A DNA stretch of 64,000 nucleotides from contig CP060754.1 of assembly GCA_023205875.1 (NCBI GenBank), positions 1,426,001-1,490,000 of the forward strand, written 5' to 3'. This document shows, piece after piece, positions 42,303 to 52,650 of this stretch. The notes beneath the pieces are model-generated. The model was given only the letters and a program-made list of their open reading frames with translations. It did not search any database and had not been told where the DNA came from. This DNA is from Chloropicon primus (Eukaryota). The translations under genes were made by a program, and so were the position numbers. Position 1 is the stretch's first letter, and each line of letters opens with the position of its first letter.

Positions 42303-45300
42303 ATGGCGACTACGACTACTACTCCTTCTCCTTCTTCTTCCCCTTCGCGGTTCAACACCGTGAAGCGGAAGCTGGAGACGATGAAGTACCCAGAGCCCCT
42401 GGACAAGCTGAGCGTGCCCCTGGCGGAGCACCTCGTGGATGACCTCGTGCACACGACGGAGAGCTACCGGAACCTAAAGCTGCAGCACAACAAGACCGTG
42501 CAGGAGTTTGGGAGCGCGGCGGACAAGCTTGATGCACTGACCAAGGAGCACGAGAGGGTTGTGCTGGAGAACAACATGCTGCACCTGGAGACGATAAAGG
42601 CGTCGGAGAGCAAGGACGACGCGGAGAGGAGGGTGTACCAGAAGCTGAAGAGCCAGGAGGAGAAGATCGCGGAGTTCACCTTCTGGAAGGACCAGAACGT
42701 GGAGAAGTTCCAGAAGCTCGAGAGGGAGAACGCCCTGCTGAGGAAGCAGCTGGCGGACATTCGCCCGGGGTTCGTCGGGGCCGGCCTCAGCAAGAAGCTC
42801 AGGGACTCCGAGGGCCTCGGCGCCGAGTCGTCGTCGTCGACGCCCAAGGACGAGGTGATCGCCGACCTCCAGCAGGAGCTGGAGGCGGCCAAGAGCGCCA
42901 ACAGGGAGCTCGGGCTCCAGGTCCAGGATTACAGAACGAGGGTGGAGAACAGGGACCTGGAGATCAAGAGACTGAGCTCGGGGCCCGTCAAGAAGGCCGC
43001 GAGCCTGGACCAGATCATCTCCGAGGAGAGGGAGGAGGAGACGCAGGCGAAGATCAAGGGGCTGACGAGGCAGACCGAGTACCTGACGGAGAAGCTCAGC
43101 AGCTACGAGGACCTGCACGCCGCGTACAGGTCCCTGGAGGAGGAGAAGTACCAGCTGGTAACCAAGATCGAGGACGTGCTGGGCGAGAACAAGGACCTTG
43201 CCGCCAAGCTGCTCGTGGCCGAGAACAGGACCAAGGCCGACGTGGAGAGCGACGAGATCGCCGCGCTGAAACTCACCCTGTCCAAGTACGAGGAGGACCT
43301 GATCGACTTGTCGAGCAACCTGAATAACGAGAAGCAGGTGAGCAAGTCCGCGCAGGCCAAGCTGGAGATCCTGAAGGAGTCCCAGAAGAGGATGGAGGGC
43401 GGCTTCCAGGAAAAGGCGGCCGCTTACGAGAGCGCCAAGTGGAGGATCAACCAGCTCGAGCTGGAGAACAAGGACCTCCTCGAGAAGACTGAGAAGGTCT
43501 CGAACGAGAACGAGGGGCTGAAGGGCAAGCTCAAGGACCTTCCGGTCAAGGACGCGACGATCGAGCACTTGGAGAAGGCCAACAGGGATCTGACGGAGAA
43601 GCTAACAGAGTCTCAGAGCGACGTGAGGAGGCACCTGGAGAGCCTAAAGGCCACGAACGAGGTCCTGTCGAAGAGAAGCGAGGAATCCAACACCTTTGTG
43701 AGCCTGAAGATCGAGCTGGAGTCCAAGGTCACCGAGCTCGAGAAGCGGAACCAGCTCCTCGCGGAGGAGAGCAGCAAGAAGGAGGAGGAACTGAGGGCTC
43801 ACAAGGAGAAGAGCAGGCTGAGATCTTCGGACAATGCCCGCATGGAGGTTGTCCTGAAGAACTTGCAGTCTGAGCTTGACAGCACGAAGACGATGAACTC
43901 CATCCTCAACGACAAGGTCTCCCTTCTGTCCGATGAGAAGAAGAGTCAGGAGCCCCTCATCAAGAAGCTGAGGATCGAATATAACGAGCTGCAGGAGTCC
44001 ACGACGGCCAAGATCTCCCAGATGCACGTCCAGACCATGGACCTGACCAAGCAGAACATGGACCTGACAGAGAAGCTTGCAAGTGCGGAGAAGTCCGTGG
44101 AAGTCTTGACCAAGGAAAACAACGAGCTGTCCATGGAGTTCTCGCACAAAAAGTCTGAGAAGAGCGACGTGGAGAAAGAGAACTCTGCGCTCACGAGCCA
44201 ATTGAGGATTCTCACCGTTCAAAAGGACAGGGCAGAGCAGTCGCTTTCGAGCTTGAGCAACGATCTTCAGATGAGGGACGTTGAGCTGAAAGCTTTGCAG
44301 CAGGAGGTAAATCACTTCAAGGACCAGTCCGCTGAGATGAGAAAGGTGCTGCAAATCAAGAGCTCGGACCTTGCCAAGACAGAGGAAGAGAAGACGGCTC
44401 TGCAAGAGAAGCTGGTGCTGACGAAGGAACTTGTTGAGAAGCAGAAGCAGGACTTAAGCGATGCTCAGACCCGGGTTGTGTCGACCTTCTCGCAGGAAGA
44501 GGAGATCAAGACCCAGGTTGCGTTGGAACAGGCAAACGCTGTCAAGTACAAAAGCCTTTACGACAAAACCAGATCAGAGTTGAACATGCTTAAGGACCAG
44601 ATCTCAAACGTTTCAAACATGGAAGAGTCATTCCAGCAAGAATTGTACTATGCAAAGACTCAGGCTGATGACCGGCTCTTTGAGATAAACCAGCTCAAGG
44701 GCCTGATCAGCCAGCTTGATCTGACACAGAACAAGCTGGTCGGCAAGCTCAAGGAGGTCATGGCAGACCTCGAGGAATCAAAGAGGAGGGAGAAAGAAAT
44801 GGAGAAGCTTTGCAAAGTGCGGGAAGAAGGAGAAAAGGAAAGAGAAGGGGACGTGGGCAGATTGCAGGAAAGCTTGAGAAAGATGGACAGCGAGAAGGAC
44901 AAGCTGATGGAGGACCTGGACAAGAAATCAGAGTCTATCCAGACGCTGGAACAGACTGTTGAAACCCAGTCCATGGAGCTGCACTCGGCCAAATTAGAGC
45001 TGAACACGAGTACAATCAAGATCAGGGAGCTTGAACAGAGGTTCAAGGAGTTCAAGGGAGAGTATGATTCCATCTTGAACCAGTGCAAGAAGCTCCACGC
45101 GGGCAACTCAGAGCTGCAGGAGAGGGAAAGGCAGGCAGTGACTGAGATTGGAGCGCTTAGCGAGGACATGACGGCGATGGCGAGAGAGCAGCAGGTCGTA
45201 AACGCCGAGTTGGTCAAGGCTGTGAGTGAGAGAGACAACTTGCGAGATGAGGTTCAGCTCTTGCACAAGAAGTCGCTTGACCAAGAAAGGATGTTGGAAA

Positions 45301-46154
45301 TGAAGATCGCTGCCATCAGGGAGTACACGGTGGCGTACAAGGAGCTTGGCGCTGATAATGAATCAGTCCTCGCGAGGCTTGCGGACCTAGAAAGGGAGAT
45401 TGCAGAGAAGAATGCGATGATTGTCCAGAGAGAGGATGAGATCAGTACGATGGAAAGGGTGGTGGAAGAGCTCGAGGTTCAGAACAGGCAAGCGGTGAGC
45501 GACGCTGTCAGCTACGAGGCCGCGACCAGCGAGTTGACATCGGCCCTCAGCACGGCAGAGAATCGCATGGAGCGGGACATGAGGGAGAGGATGGCAGCTC
45601 AAGAAAAGGTCAAGATGAGCAAGCTGAATTCGATGCAGCTCGAGGCGGCGAGAAACGCGATGCAGAATGAAATATTTATTCTTCGCGAACAGCTTTCTTC
45701 ACATGCGACCAAAGAGAGGAATGTCATGGATGAAAACCAGATGCTTCGAGAACAGCTTTCTGCCCAAGCAGGCAAGGAGAAGAACCTGGAGGGGCTGATC
45801 TTGGAACTGAGGTCAACAGGGTACAAGGAGGACGGCGCACTGCCTGCATATGAGGAAGAGATCTCTTCGCTTCGGGCTGACAATGAGCGCCTCCTCCAGC
45901 TGTTGAGCAACTTGGAGGAGAAGAGGGTGGAAGCTACCAGTCCCAGCAGCGAAGACGACGAGAAGCCAGCAGCTGCAAAGACCCCAAAGACTCCGAGAAC
46001 GAAACTGAACGAGCAGCTTGCTGCTCTGCGCTCTGAGAACAAGAGACTGAGAAGCAACCTTCAAGCAACCCAGGAGACGGTAGGAAGGATGTCGACGGAG
46101 ATCAACAGAGTGCGCGACGACTACGAAGCGGTGACTAGGGAACTAAATCTGTGA
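42303..46154 (+). CDS. BLD10: Centriolar cartwheel coiled-coil protein BLD10/CEP135 homologue
   Basis: N-terminus KRKLETMKYPEPLDKLSVPLAEHLVDDLVHTTESYRNLK...LVLENNMLHLETIK resembles the CEP135 signature; ~1280-aa coiled coil. Confidence 0.85.
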   Translation: MATTTTTPSPSSSPSRFNTVKRKLETMKYPEPLDKLSVPLAEHLVDDLVHTTESYRNLKLQHNKTVQEFGSAADKLDALTKEHERVVLENNMLHLETIKASESKDDAERRVYQKLKSQEEKIAEFTFWKDQNVEKFQKLERENALLRKQLADIRPGFVGAGLSKKLRDSEGLGAESSSSTPKDEVIADLQQELEAAKSANRELGLQVQDYRTRVENRDLEIKRLSSGPVKKAASLDQIISEEREEETQAKIKGLTRQTEYLTEKLSSYEDLHAAYRSLEEEKYQLVTKIEDVLGENKDLAAKLLVAENRTKADVESDEIAALKLTLSKYEEDLIDLSSNLNNEKQVSKSAQAKLEILKESQKRMEGGFQEKAAAYESAKWRINQLELENKDLLEKTEKVSNENEGLKGKLKDLPVKDATIEHLEKANRDLTEKLTESQSDVRRHLESLKATNEVLSKRSEESNTFVSLKIELESKVTELEKRNQLLAEESSKKEEELRAHKEKSRLRSSDNARMEVVLKNLQSELDSTKTMNSILNDKVSLLSDEKKSQEPLIKKLRIEYNELQESTTAKISQMHVQTMDLTKQNMDLTEKLASAEKSVEVLTKENNELSMEFSHKKSEKSDVEKENSALTSQLRILTVQKDRAEQSLSSLSNDLQMRDVELKALQQEVNHFKDQSAEMRKVLQIKSSDLAKTEEEKTALQEKLVLTKELVEKQKQDLSDAQTRVVSTFSQEEEIKTQVALEQANAVKYKSLYDKTRSELNMLKDQISNVSNMEESFQQELYYAKTQADDRLFEINQLKGLISQLDLTQNKLVGKLKEVMADLEESKRREKEMEKLCKVREEGEKEREGDVGRLQESLRKMDSEKDKLMEDLDKKSESIQTLEQTVETQSMELHSAKLELNTSTIKIRELEQRFKEFKGEYDSILNQCKKLHAGNSELQERERQAVTEIGALSEDMTAMAREQQVVNAELVKAVSERDNLRDEVQLLHKKSLDQERMLEMKIAAIREYTVAYKELGADNESVLARLADLEREIAEKNAMIVQREDEISTMERVVEELEVQNRQAVSDAVSYEAATSELTSALSTAENRMERDMRERMAAQEKVKMSKLNSMQLEAARNAMQNEIFILREQLSSHATKERNVMDENQMLREQLSAQAGKEKNLEGLILELRSTGYKEDGALPAYEEEISSLRADNERLLQLLSNLEEKRVEATSPSSEDDEKPAAAKTPKTPRTKLNEQLAALRSENKRLRSNLQATQETVGRMSTEINRVRDDYEAVTRELNL

Positions 46155-46233
46155 GCAGGCTTGCTCTTTAATTATATATCTTTGTTTCCAAAAACATTTC
46201 CTATGCCCTTGTGACACTTGGCTTTATTTATTG

Positions 46234-47136
46234 TTAACTTTGGGGCGCGGTCAAAAGCTCGCACTGGACTTCAGCATCCTTTGTTTCTGCCTCGACGTGG
46301 CCGCACATAGGGCACTGGTTTTCGGAGACCTTGTGTGGCCTTGCTCCATTCGACCCGGTAGCCCTTGGGGAATTCTCGGCGTGGGGAGTGGGAGTGTCCA
46401 AGAGCCAACCAGCCCACTTTGGTGTCTGCACTTTCTCCGTCTGTTCCTCCATGTTGTTTGGGCTCGACTTTGTGATCTTGACTCTCAAAGGCTTTGCGAT
46501 GCCTCGAGCACCCCCAAGGGCGGCACCATTGAAGTCACCCCCGAAGGGCTTGTTGGGGTTTCCTTCCACTTGAAAGTACGCTTTGGTCTCCACCGCCTGT
46601 TGTGGTTCCTTATTCGCCTTCTCGCTCTCCTCGTGCACGCTCATGTCCGCAAAATTTCCTTCCACTTGGACTTGGAGCAACCCACCCACCCCAGCTGTGG
46701 ACTTCTTCCCCGCCGCCCCTCTGTATCCATACTCCCCGTTGTTGCTTCCGTCCTTGAAACCTTTCAGTGCTCTGTTGTACGCTTCCGGCCCGGACGGAGC
46801 TTGGGGCTGGTATTCAGGTACAGGCTTTCCCAAGTCCCGGTTGTTAAACGCGTTCTCCGGCACGGGAACATCTTGGCCGTTCTCACTCGTTATGGCGAAG
46901 GACCTTGGTATCCTCAGCTCGTGCCGGCCGTGAGCAAAGTTGCAGTTGCTCCCCATGAGACAGTATCCACTCTGCCAATGATAACACATTTTTGTTTTGT
47001 ACAAGTATTGGACTATCGTATCATCTTGAGCGGGTCCCCCAGGTTTCTGTTTGGCGACACCACCCTTCTTCACCGACTTTCCCTGGGCAGCGTCACTGTA
47101 GTGGCTCTGCCCGTTCGCCTCGCTCCCTTCCTCCAT
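46234..47136 (-). CDS. CCCH zinc-finger protein (TIS11-type finger)
   Basis: YKTKMCYHWQSGYCLMGSNCNFAHGRHELR. Confidence 0.82.
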   Translation of the reverse strand: MEEGSEANGQSHYSDAAQGKSVKKGGVAKQKPGGPAQDDTIVQYLYKTKMCYHWQSGYCLMGSNCNFAHGRHELRIPRSFAITSENGQDVPVPENAFNNRDLGKPVPEYQPQAPSGPEAYNRALKGFKDGSNNGEYGYRGAAGKKSTAGVGGLLQVQVEGNFADMSVHEESEKANKEPQQAVETKAYFQVEGNPNKPFGGDFNGAALGGARGIAKPLRVKITKSSPNNMEEQTEKVQTPKWAGWLLDTPTPHAENSPRATGSNGARPHKVSENQCPMCGHVEAETKDAEVQCELLTAPQS

Positions 47137-48506
47137 ACCTCTCTCTTCACTGCACCAACCTCGTTAGGTACAGTACGATATCACCCCTTGCCCAAGCTGC
47201 TGCTCGTCCACCTCAAGCCAAAGTCAAAGTCAAAGCCATGCGTTCTCCTCCTCCAACCTTTCCTCCCCCACGCCCAAGACAGACACGGTGACAAGAACAC
47301 AGAGACAGAGACAGAGACAGAGACAGAGACAGATAGAGTGTTTCTCCCTCTTGCCCAACACCTTTTCGTCCCGAAACAAGTTTTTGAGGACGAAACACTT
47401 GCCTCTTGCTTCCACTGGGTCCTCCTCACGACCTCGTGTCTGGCGTTGGACCCGCTTGAGTCAAAGTCTTGGACGCTCCCGTGTGTGTGTGTGTGTGTGT
47501 GTTCGTGTGTTTCCTTTGGGGTCCTTTCTCGAGCGTTTCGGGGGTCCTTTTCGTTCTGGCTTGGCCTTCCCAAAACAAAGAGAGAAGCTCTGAAGCTCCC
47601 TTGCCTTAAGATTAAGATAGTGATAGTGGTAGACAAGGACAAGAACGAGGAGAGAGAGAGAGAGAAAGAGAAAGAGAGGAGGGAGAGGAAGAGGAAGAGG
47701 AAGAGGAAGAGGAAGAAAAGATTGCGAGGACGGAACAAGGCCAAGAGGATTGGGATATTTGAAAACGAGAGAGGAAAACAAGGGAAAGGGAACAAGGGAA
47801 CAAAGGGACTTTTTTCCTGTCACTTTATCTCTCTCTCTGGAAGACACCACTTATCTCTCTCTTCTTCTTCTTCTTCTTCTTTCAGACAGCTGGCTTCAAT
47901 AGGAAGGGAGGAGGAGGAGATGATGATCACCTTCCCTCTCAATCTCCAAGAGTCTGTTGATGGCCTCCTCGGCAAGCAACGGATGATGTTGGATGTGTTC
48001 AACGAGTTTCTTGTTGTTCCGCCATTCTCTCCAGAGACACTTGGCCGCTCACCAGGCTCACGCGGTGCGCCATAGCGACAAGACTTGTGCACACCTCCCC
48101 TCCCCTGACGCCGCAACGCTCCTCTCTACTTCCGCAACGACCCGCACGCAACCTTCCTCCCTTCTCTCGCCACCGCCGGCACCGAGCAAGCCCAGTCTCT
48201 GATGGATTCGCGAAAATCAGCTCTGCAGACCAGAGGCACCTTCTCTCCTCCAGTGGTGGAGAGGAGACAGATGGGTGAGATCGATGACAGCCCGAAGGAG
48301 GGAACGGAGTGACATTGTTGTTACATCAATGCATTTCAAAGGTTATGGACTTGTTGTGCAAGCCCCCCTCAATCAACCGTGGTAGTAGCTTCCCGTGATC
48401 GCATTCACGGGGATCGAGGCGGCGAGGGAGTCTCCAGAGACACTTGGCCACTCACCACTGGTGAGTCTAGTCAGAATCGAAACCGATATCGAAACCGGAA
48501 CCGACA

Positions 48507-51479
48507 TCAGTCGTCGTCGTCGTCGTCCAGGGGCGGCTTCCCCCGGGCGAAACCGAACTCCTCGTCGATCTTGACTCTCATGAAGTTGTCCTCCGAGAGT
48601 CTGTTGATGGCTTCCTCGGCGAGCAGGGTGGATTGGATGTTCCTCTCCCCGTTCTTCGCGAGCTTGACGAGGGATTGGAGGCCACCGAGGTCATAAAGGA
48701 GCTTCTTGTTCTCGTGGTGGACGGCCAGGTGCCAGAACGCCCTCGCGGCGTGCCTTTGAATCTTTTGGCTGGGGGAATTCGCCATCGAGATGATGGACCA
48801 CAGCCCCTCCTCCCTGACGATCGTGTCGATCACGGAAGTGTCCGCGAACATGTTGGACAAGGCAGACGACGAGGCTTCCTGGAGCTTCGGGTCGGCGGAG
48901 CAGGAGCTCGAGCAAAGTATGCTCAGACCCCCCCTCTGCGCAATCTCGAGGCGGAAGCCGTTGTGCGCGGACAAGGCGGCCAGGCACATCGTGGCCGCGT
49001 TCTGTATTTTAGGCTCAGGGTACTGGCACAAGTTGAGAACGTGCTTCAGCAGGTCCATTTCTTGAATCTTCGCGAAAGCGTCGCTGTCCGCCGAGATGAT
49101 AGAAAGCGTCTCGAGGATGCAGGCACTCAAGTTGGGCTTCCTGGTGTTCAGAAGGTCTTCCCTCATGGCCTGTATGCTGTTCAACTGAATGATGCGGCTT
49201 CTGTTGTTCCTGAACTTTCCCAGCTCCCCCAAGGCCTTGACGCACTTTATCTGGAGCCGCTCCGCCCTGCTGTTGATGAGCGACTTGAGCGCAGCTAGGG
49301 CGTCCACGTTGAACTTTTCGATGAAATCCGAGTGCTTCACGCTCATGATCAGGATCAAATCCACGGCGCACTCCACAATGTCCGTGTCCCCGCAGCACAT
49401 CGCCTCGTAGAACGGCTCCTGGAGGCCGACCCCCATGAGCAACTCGACGTTCGCTTGCTGCTTCATCAAAATACCGATGACCTGAATGGCAGCCTTCTTC
49501 TTGGCGAGCTTCTTGCTCTTGAGAGCATTCACGAGCACTTGTGCGTGGACAGTCTTCTTGATCGTGAGCTTCGCGCAGTCCGTAAGCGCGGTGATCTCAA
49601 GCCACTTCTTTGCGTAAGCCGTGTCGTTGTTCCCCTTCGTGAGGACGAGCTTCAGAGCCCTCTCGACATCCATCTTCTTCTTGGTGCAGGGGAAGCCCTT
49701 TGGAATGGACAAAGAATTCAGAACCCTCATCTTGAAGTTGATGAACCTTTCCCTGATGCTGATGTAGGTGACGTTCCTCTTCGGGTGCGGCGTGATGTAC
49801 AATTGGCTGGGAGTCCGGCCAAATTCCCTAATCTGGTCGTTCATAGCCTTTAACCGCCTGTCGTCCGTCTCATTGTCCAGGCACACCATCGCGTTGTCGT
49901 CGTACGTGAGGGAAGGAAAGATGTTGAAAGATTTTTCGGCACGGAGACCCCTTTGCTTGTACCCAAAGATGAGGTCTATCCAATGATGCAAGTTGGCGCT
50001 GACATAGTTTGACTCCAACGCGGCCCTCATCTTGGTCTGAAAATCTTTTGCATCCGATGCCCACGGCGGGAGCTCAACGTTGTTCACAACTTTGCCGCTC
50101 TGCCTGACGCCAAAGTCCAGCCCCTCGTTGTTGACCAGGAAATCAGGAGAATCCGAGTAGAACTCCGGGATCAGCTCCTTGAGGTCCGTGGGGAGGGAAA
50201 GCACGCTCTCCCAGGTCTCCTTAATGCTACACAATAACCGGTCCGGGGAATCAAACCTCCCGTTCTGCAGTTTCAGCATCAGCTGGGGCTTGTCCCTCAG
50301 CAGATAGTATACAACGTAGCCCGGTGTCGAATAGTGACATCCATACATGAATGGGACGTCTGTGTACGACTCCTGGCCCTCCCTCCTGGCTTCTTCGAAC
50401 ATTCTTTTCATCTCGTTGTACCTAGCGAGAAAGTTTTGGAGCCTTTGGGGCTGCAGCGCTCCTATCGGTTTCGTCAAGTCCCTGTAAATATTCTTGTTGT
50501 TCAAGTCCAAGACCTCGCTTTCGTAGTCCGAGAGAACCCAAGGGAAGATCGGGTACTGCGTCAAGTCGTTGAAGCTCCTGTTTGCTTGACTGTTCAAGAA
50601 CATGAGGTAGTCAAAGTTGCTGATCTTGCCGCTTGCCCAGTCTTTCGTCCTCTGTTTCAACGACCTCTCCCTCTCAATCGTCAGGGAGGGCTGGCTCACC
50701 AGCGTCAGGTAGAACTTATCGAGCTCATCCGCCCCCTTGAAAGCAAAGTAAACAGACTTCCCCCCCGAGAAGAAGAGCTCGATGCCGATGTCTTGCAGCT
50801 GGTGCGTCCGCGTCTGTATGGTCACAACATCCTTCAACGAGTACGTCAGCAACGGCGCGGAGGAGACCACGTTGAAGGGCAGAAAGTACACCCTCAACGG
50901 GCTGATGACCAGCCTTCCCCTGTGCCAGCACAGAGGAGTGACCCTTGAGGCCGTGAGCTCCAACTGAATGTTCTCCCCGTCGTCCATGAACCAGCCGGGA
51001 CTGAACTGAACGCTCTCCTCGTGGGCGTCGATGACCTCCTGAAGCATCTCCTCCCTTCCAGGACCCTCCGCCATCGTGGAGATGTAGATCAGCTTCTGGA
51101 TCTGGGCCAGCACGGTCTCAAGATCTGTGTACGTCAGCGCAAACTTGAACAAGAACTGACCCCGGTTCCATATATATGGTATGTTCCTGTTGCCCGTCTT
51201 CATGTCGATCCGCTCCACTGCTGCAACCTCGAAGACCTCCAAGTCGTCCTCCGAGTCGCTCGGGTGAACTCCAGTGATGCTTTGGTACGGCAAACGAAAC
51301 ACGGGCTCGTTCAAGTTCTGGGGAACGTAGTATATGCTCGAGCTGCATATCTTCAACTGTCCCTCCAGCCTGATATTGGACCCCGAGAGCTGAATGCAAT
51401 TATAGTCTCTGAAGTAATACTCCCCCTCTTGCAAGAGCAAAAGAGAGAACCTTTGCACCCTGGTCTTCCAGCCTTTCAT
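48507..51479 (-). CDS. FAN/NSMAF-like PH-BEACH protein with C-terminal armadillo repeats
   Basis: RFSLLLLQEGEYYF N-terminus; BEACH motifs ISNFDYLMFLN, QYPIFPWV, HYSTPGYV, KELIPEFY, HHWIDLIFGYKQ, FGRTPSQL; then ARM repeats. Confidence 0.9.
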   Translation of the reverse strand: MKGWKTRVQRFSLLLLQEGEYYFRDYNCIQLSGSNIRLEGQLKICSSSIYYVPQNLNEPVFRLPYQSITGVHPSDSEDDLEVFEVAAVERIDMKTGNRNIPYIWNRGQFLFKFALTYTDLETVLAQIQKLIYISTMAEGPGREEMLQEVIDAHEESVQFSPGWFMDDGENIQLELTASRVTPLCWHRGRLVISPLRVYFLPFNVVSSAPLLTYSLKDVVTIQTRTHQLQDIGIELFFSGGKSVYFAFKGADELDKFYLTLVSQPSLTIERERSLKQRTKDWASGKISNFDYLMFLNSQANRSFNDLTQYPIFPWVLSDYESEVLDLNNKNIYRDLTKPIGALQPQRLQNFLARYNEMKRMFEEARREGQESYTDVPFMYGCHYSTPGYVVYYLLRDKPQLMLKLQNGRFDSPDRLLCSIKETWESVLSLPTDLKELIPEFYSDSPDFLVNNEGLDFGVRQSGKVVNNVELPPWASDAKDFQTKMRAALESNYVSANLHHWIDLIFGYKQRGLRAEKSFNIFPSLTYDDNAMVCLDNETDDRRLKAMNDQIREFGRTPSQLYITPHPKRNVTYISIRERFINFKMRVLNSLSIPKGFPCTKKKMDVERALKLVLTKGNNDTAYAKKWLEITALTDCAKLTIKKTVHAQVLVNALKSKKLAKKKAAIQVIGILMKQQANVELLMGVGLQEPFYEAMCCGDTDIVECAVDLILIMSVKHSDFIEKFNVDALAALKSLINSRAERLQIKCVKALGELGKFRNNRSRIIQLNSIQAMREDLLNTRKPNLSACILETLSIISADSDAFAKIQEMDLLKHVLNLCQYPEPKIQNAATMCLAALSAHNGFRLEIAQRGGLSILCSSSCSADPKLQEASSSALSNMFADTSVIDTIVREEGLWSIISMANSPSQKIQRHAARAFWHLAVHHENKKLLYDLGGLQSLVKLAKNGERNIQSTLLAEEAINRLSEDNFMRVKIDEEFGFARGKPPLDDDDDD

Positions 51480-52036
51480 TTCTTTCCGACCTTTCCTACA
51501 CGCACGCTCCACCTAACCCCATTATCATGATGCACAGTCTCCTCCCCCCCCCTCTCTCTCTCCTGTCCAAAGCCAAAGTCCAGACCAAGGCGAAGAAGAT
51601 GGTCCTGGACTTCTCCAAGCGTGTTCGTGACCCAACCCAAGCGATGTGATGGAAGGTACCTTAATCCTGAAAGATCAAGACAAAATGCTATCGAATGACG
51701 CTTCCTGTTGCCCAACCTTAAGCTTCCTCCACCCTCAGCTTGCTTGACCAAGCCTCAATGTTGGTTTCCTCTCCTGGCTGGCTGGCGCCCTCCCTCATCA
51801 TTATCATTCTGGCGAGGCGGAGGGGCGCACAAGAGAGAGGGGTAAGTCTGGACAAAGGACGCGAGCGAGGGACGAGGGGAGGGAGGGAAGGAGTTTTACG
51901 CCAGTCCAATCGAAGCGTCACGAATTGCTCTTTCGAATGACGTGTCGCTCGAAAGGAATGACGCCGGGTTGAGGATGAGAGACACTGACTGATATGAGAT
52001 TTTTTGTTTTGGGTTGGGCAGTTTGGGTTGAACACG

Positions 52037-52286
52037 ATGGGAGGTTTCGTAGTGATGATGGCGAGGGTCATGAAGACCACCGGAGGTCGACTGTGGCACA
52101 AGCCCTGGGGTGTGCCCAAGATCACGAAAGCGAACAAGGTGAACTTCAAGAAGCGGTCGAAACGCGTGCAGGACAACCAGGTAAGAGGAGCTGGAACAAG
52201 GTTCTGGGGGACTTCCCTTTAAAGTGTGGAGGGAGCTCAGCACGAGTTGGAGACGAATGCTGACATCTCGCCGCCGTTTTGCCTTG

Positions 52287-52323
<37 letters not shown>

Positions 52324-52386
52324 CTCGCACAGAAAATTCTGAAACAGTACCAAGGCTTCGACGCGAAAGCGGGGCAGAAGAGCTGA
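52037..52386 (+). CDS. Mitochondrial ribosomal protein mL60 (yeast MRPL31)-like; exons 52037-52180, 52333-52386
   Basis: GGRLWHKPW...KKRSKRVQDNQKIL resembles the mL60 motif GGLLWKIPW; GT-AG intron with CTGAC; missed by the ORF track as a spliced gene. Confidence 0.7.
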
Positions 52387-52650
52387 GGAGGTGTGGACTG
52401 CCCCTCGCGCCTGCCGTTTGGGGGAAATACAAGCCGCTTGCGCAAGGGGAACCGGTGCTGAAAACTGAAGGTGGTCCGCGTGTAGAGCAAAGACTCAAAC
52501 AAACTAGAAACAAACGTTACAACGCAGCTTTGGGACCAGTAAAGGTTGCGGAGGAGGCCAGCAGGAGTGGACTGCGCAGACCTGCAAAGCCTCGAGCGCG
52601 CGTGGTGGTGCTTCAAAACTGAAACTCTCGTATTCTTGTATAATATGGAA

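Noticed and set aside
46231..48075. 614-aa + strand ORF
   Set aside because: Antisense to the CCCH gene, then runs through microsatellites; TTG start and no protein-like content
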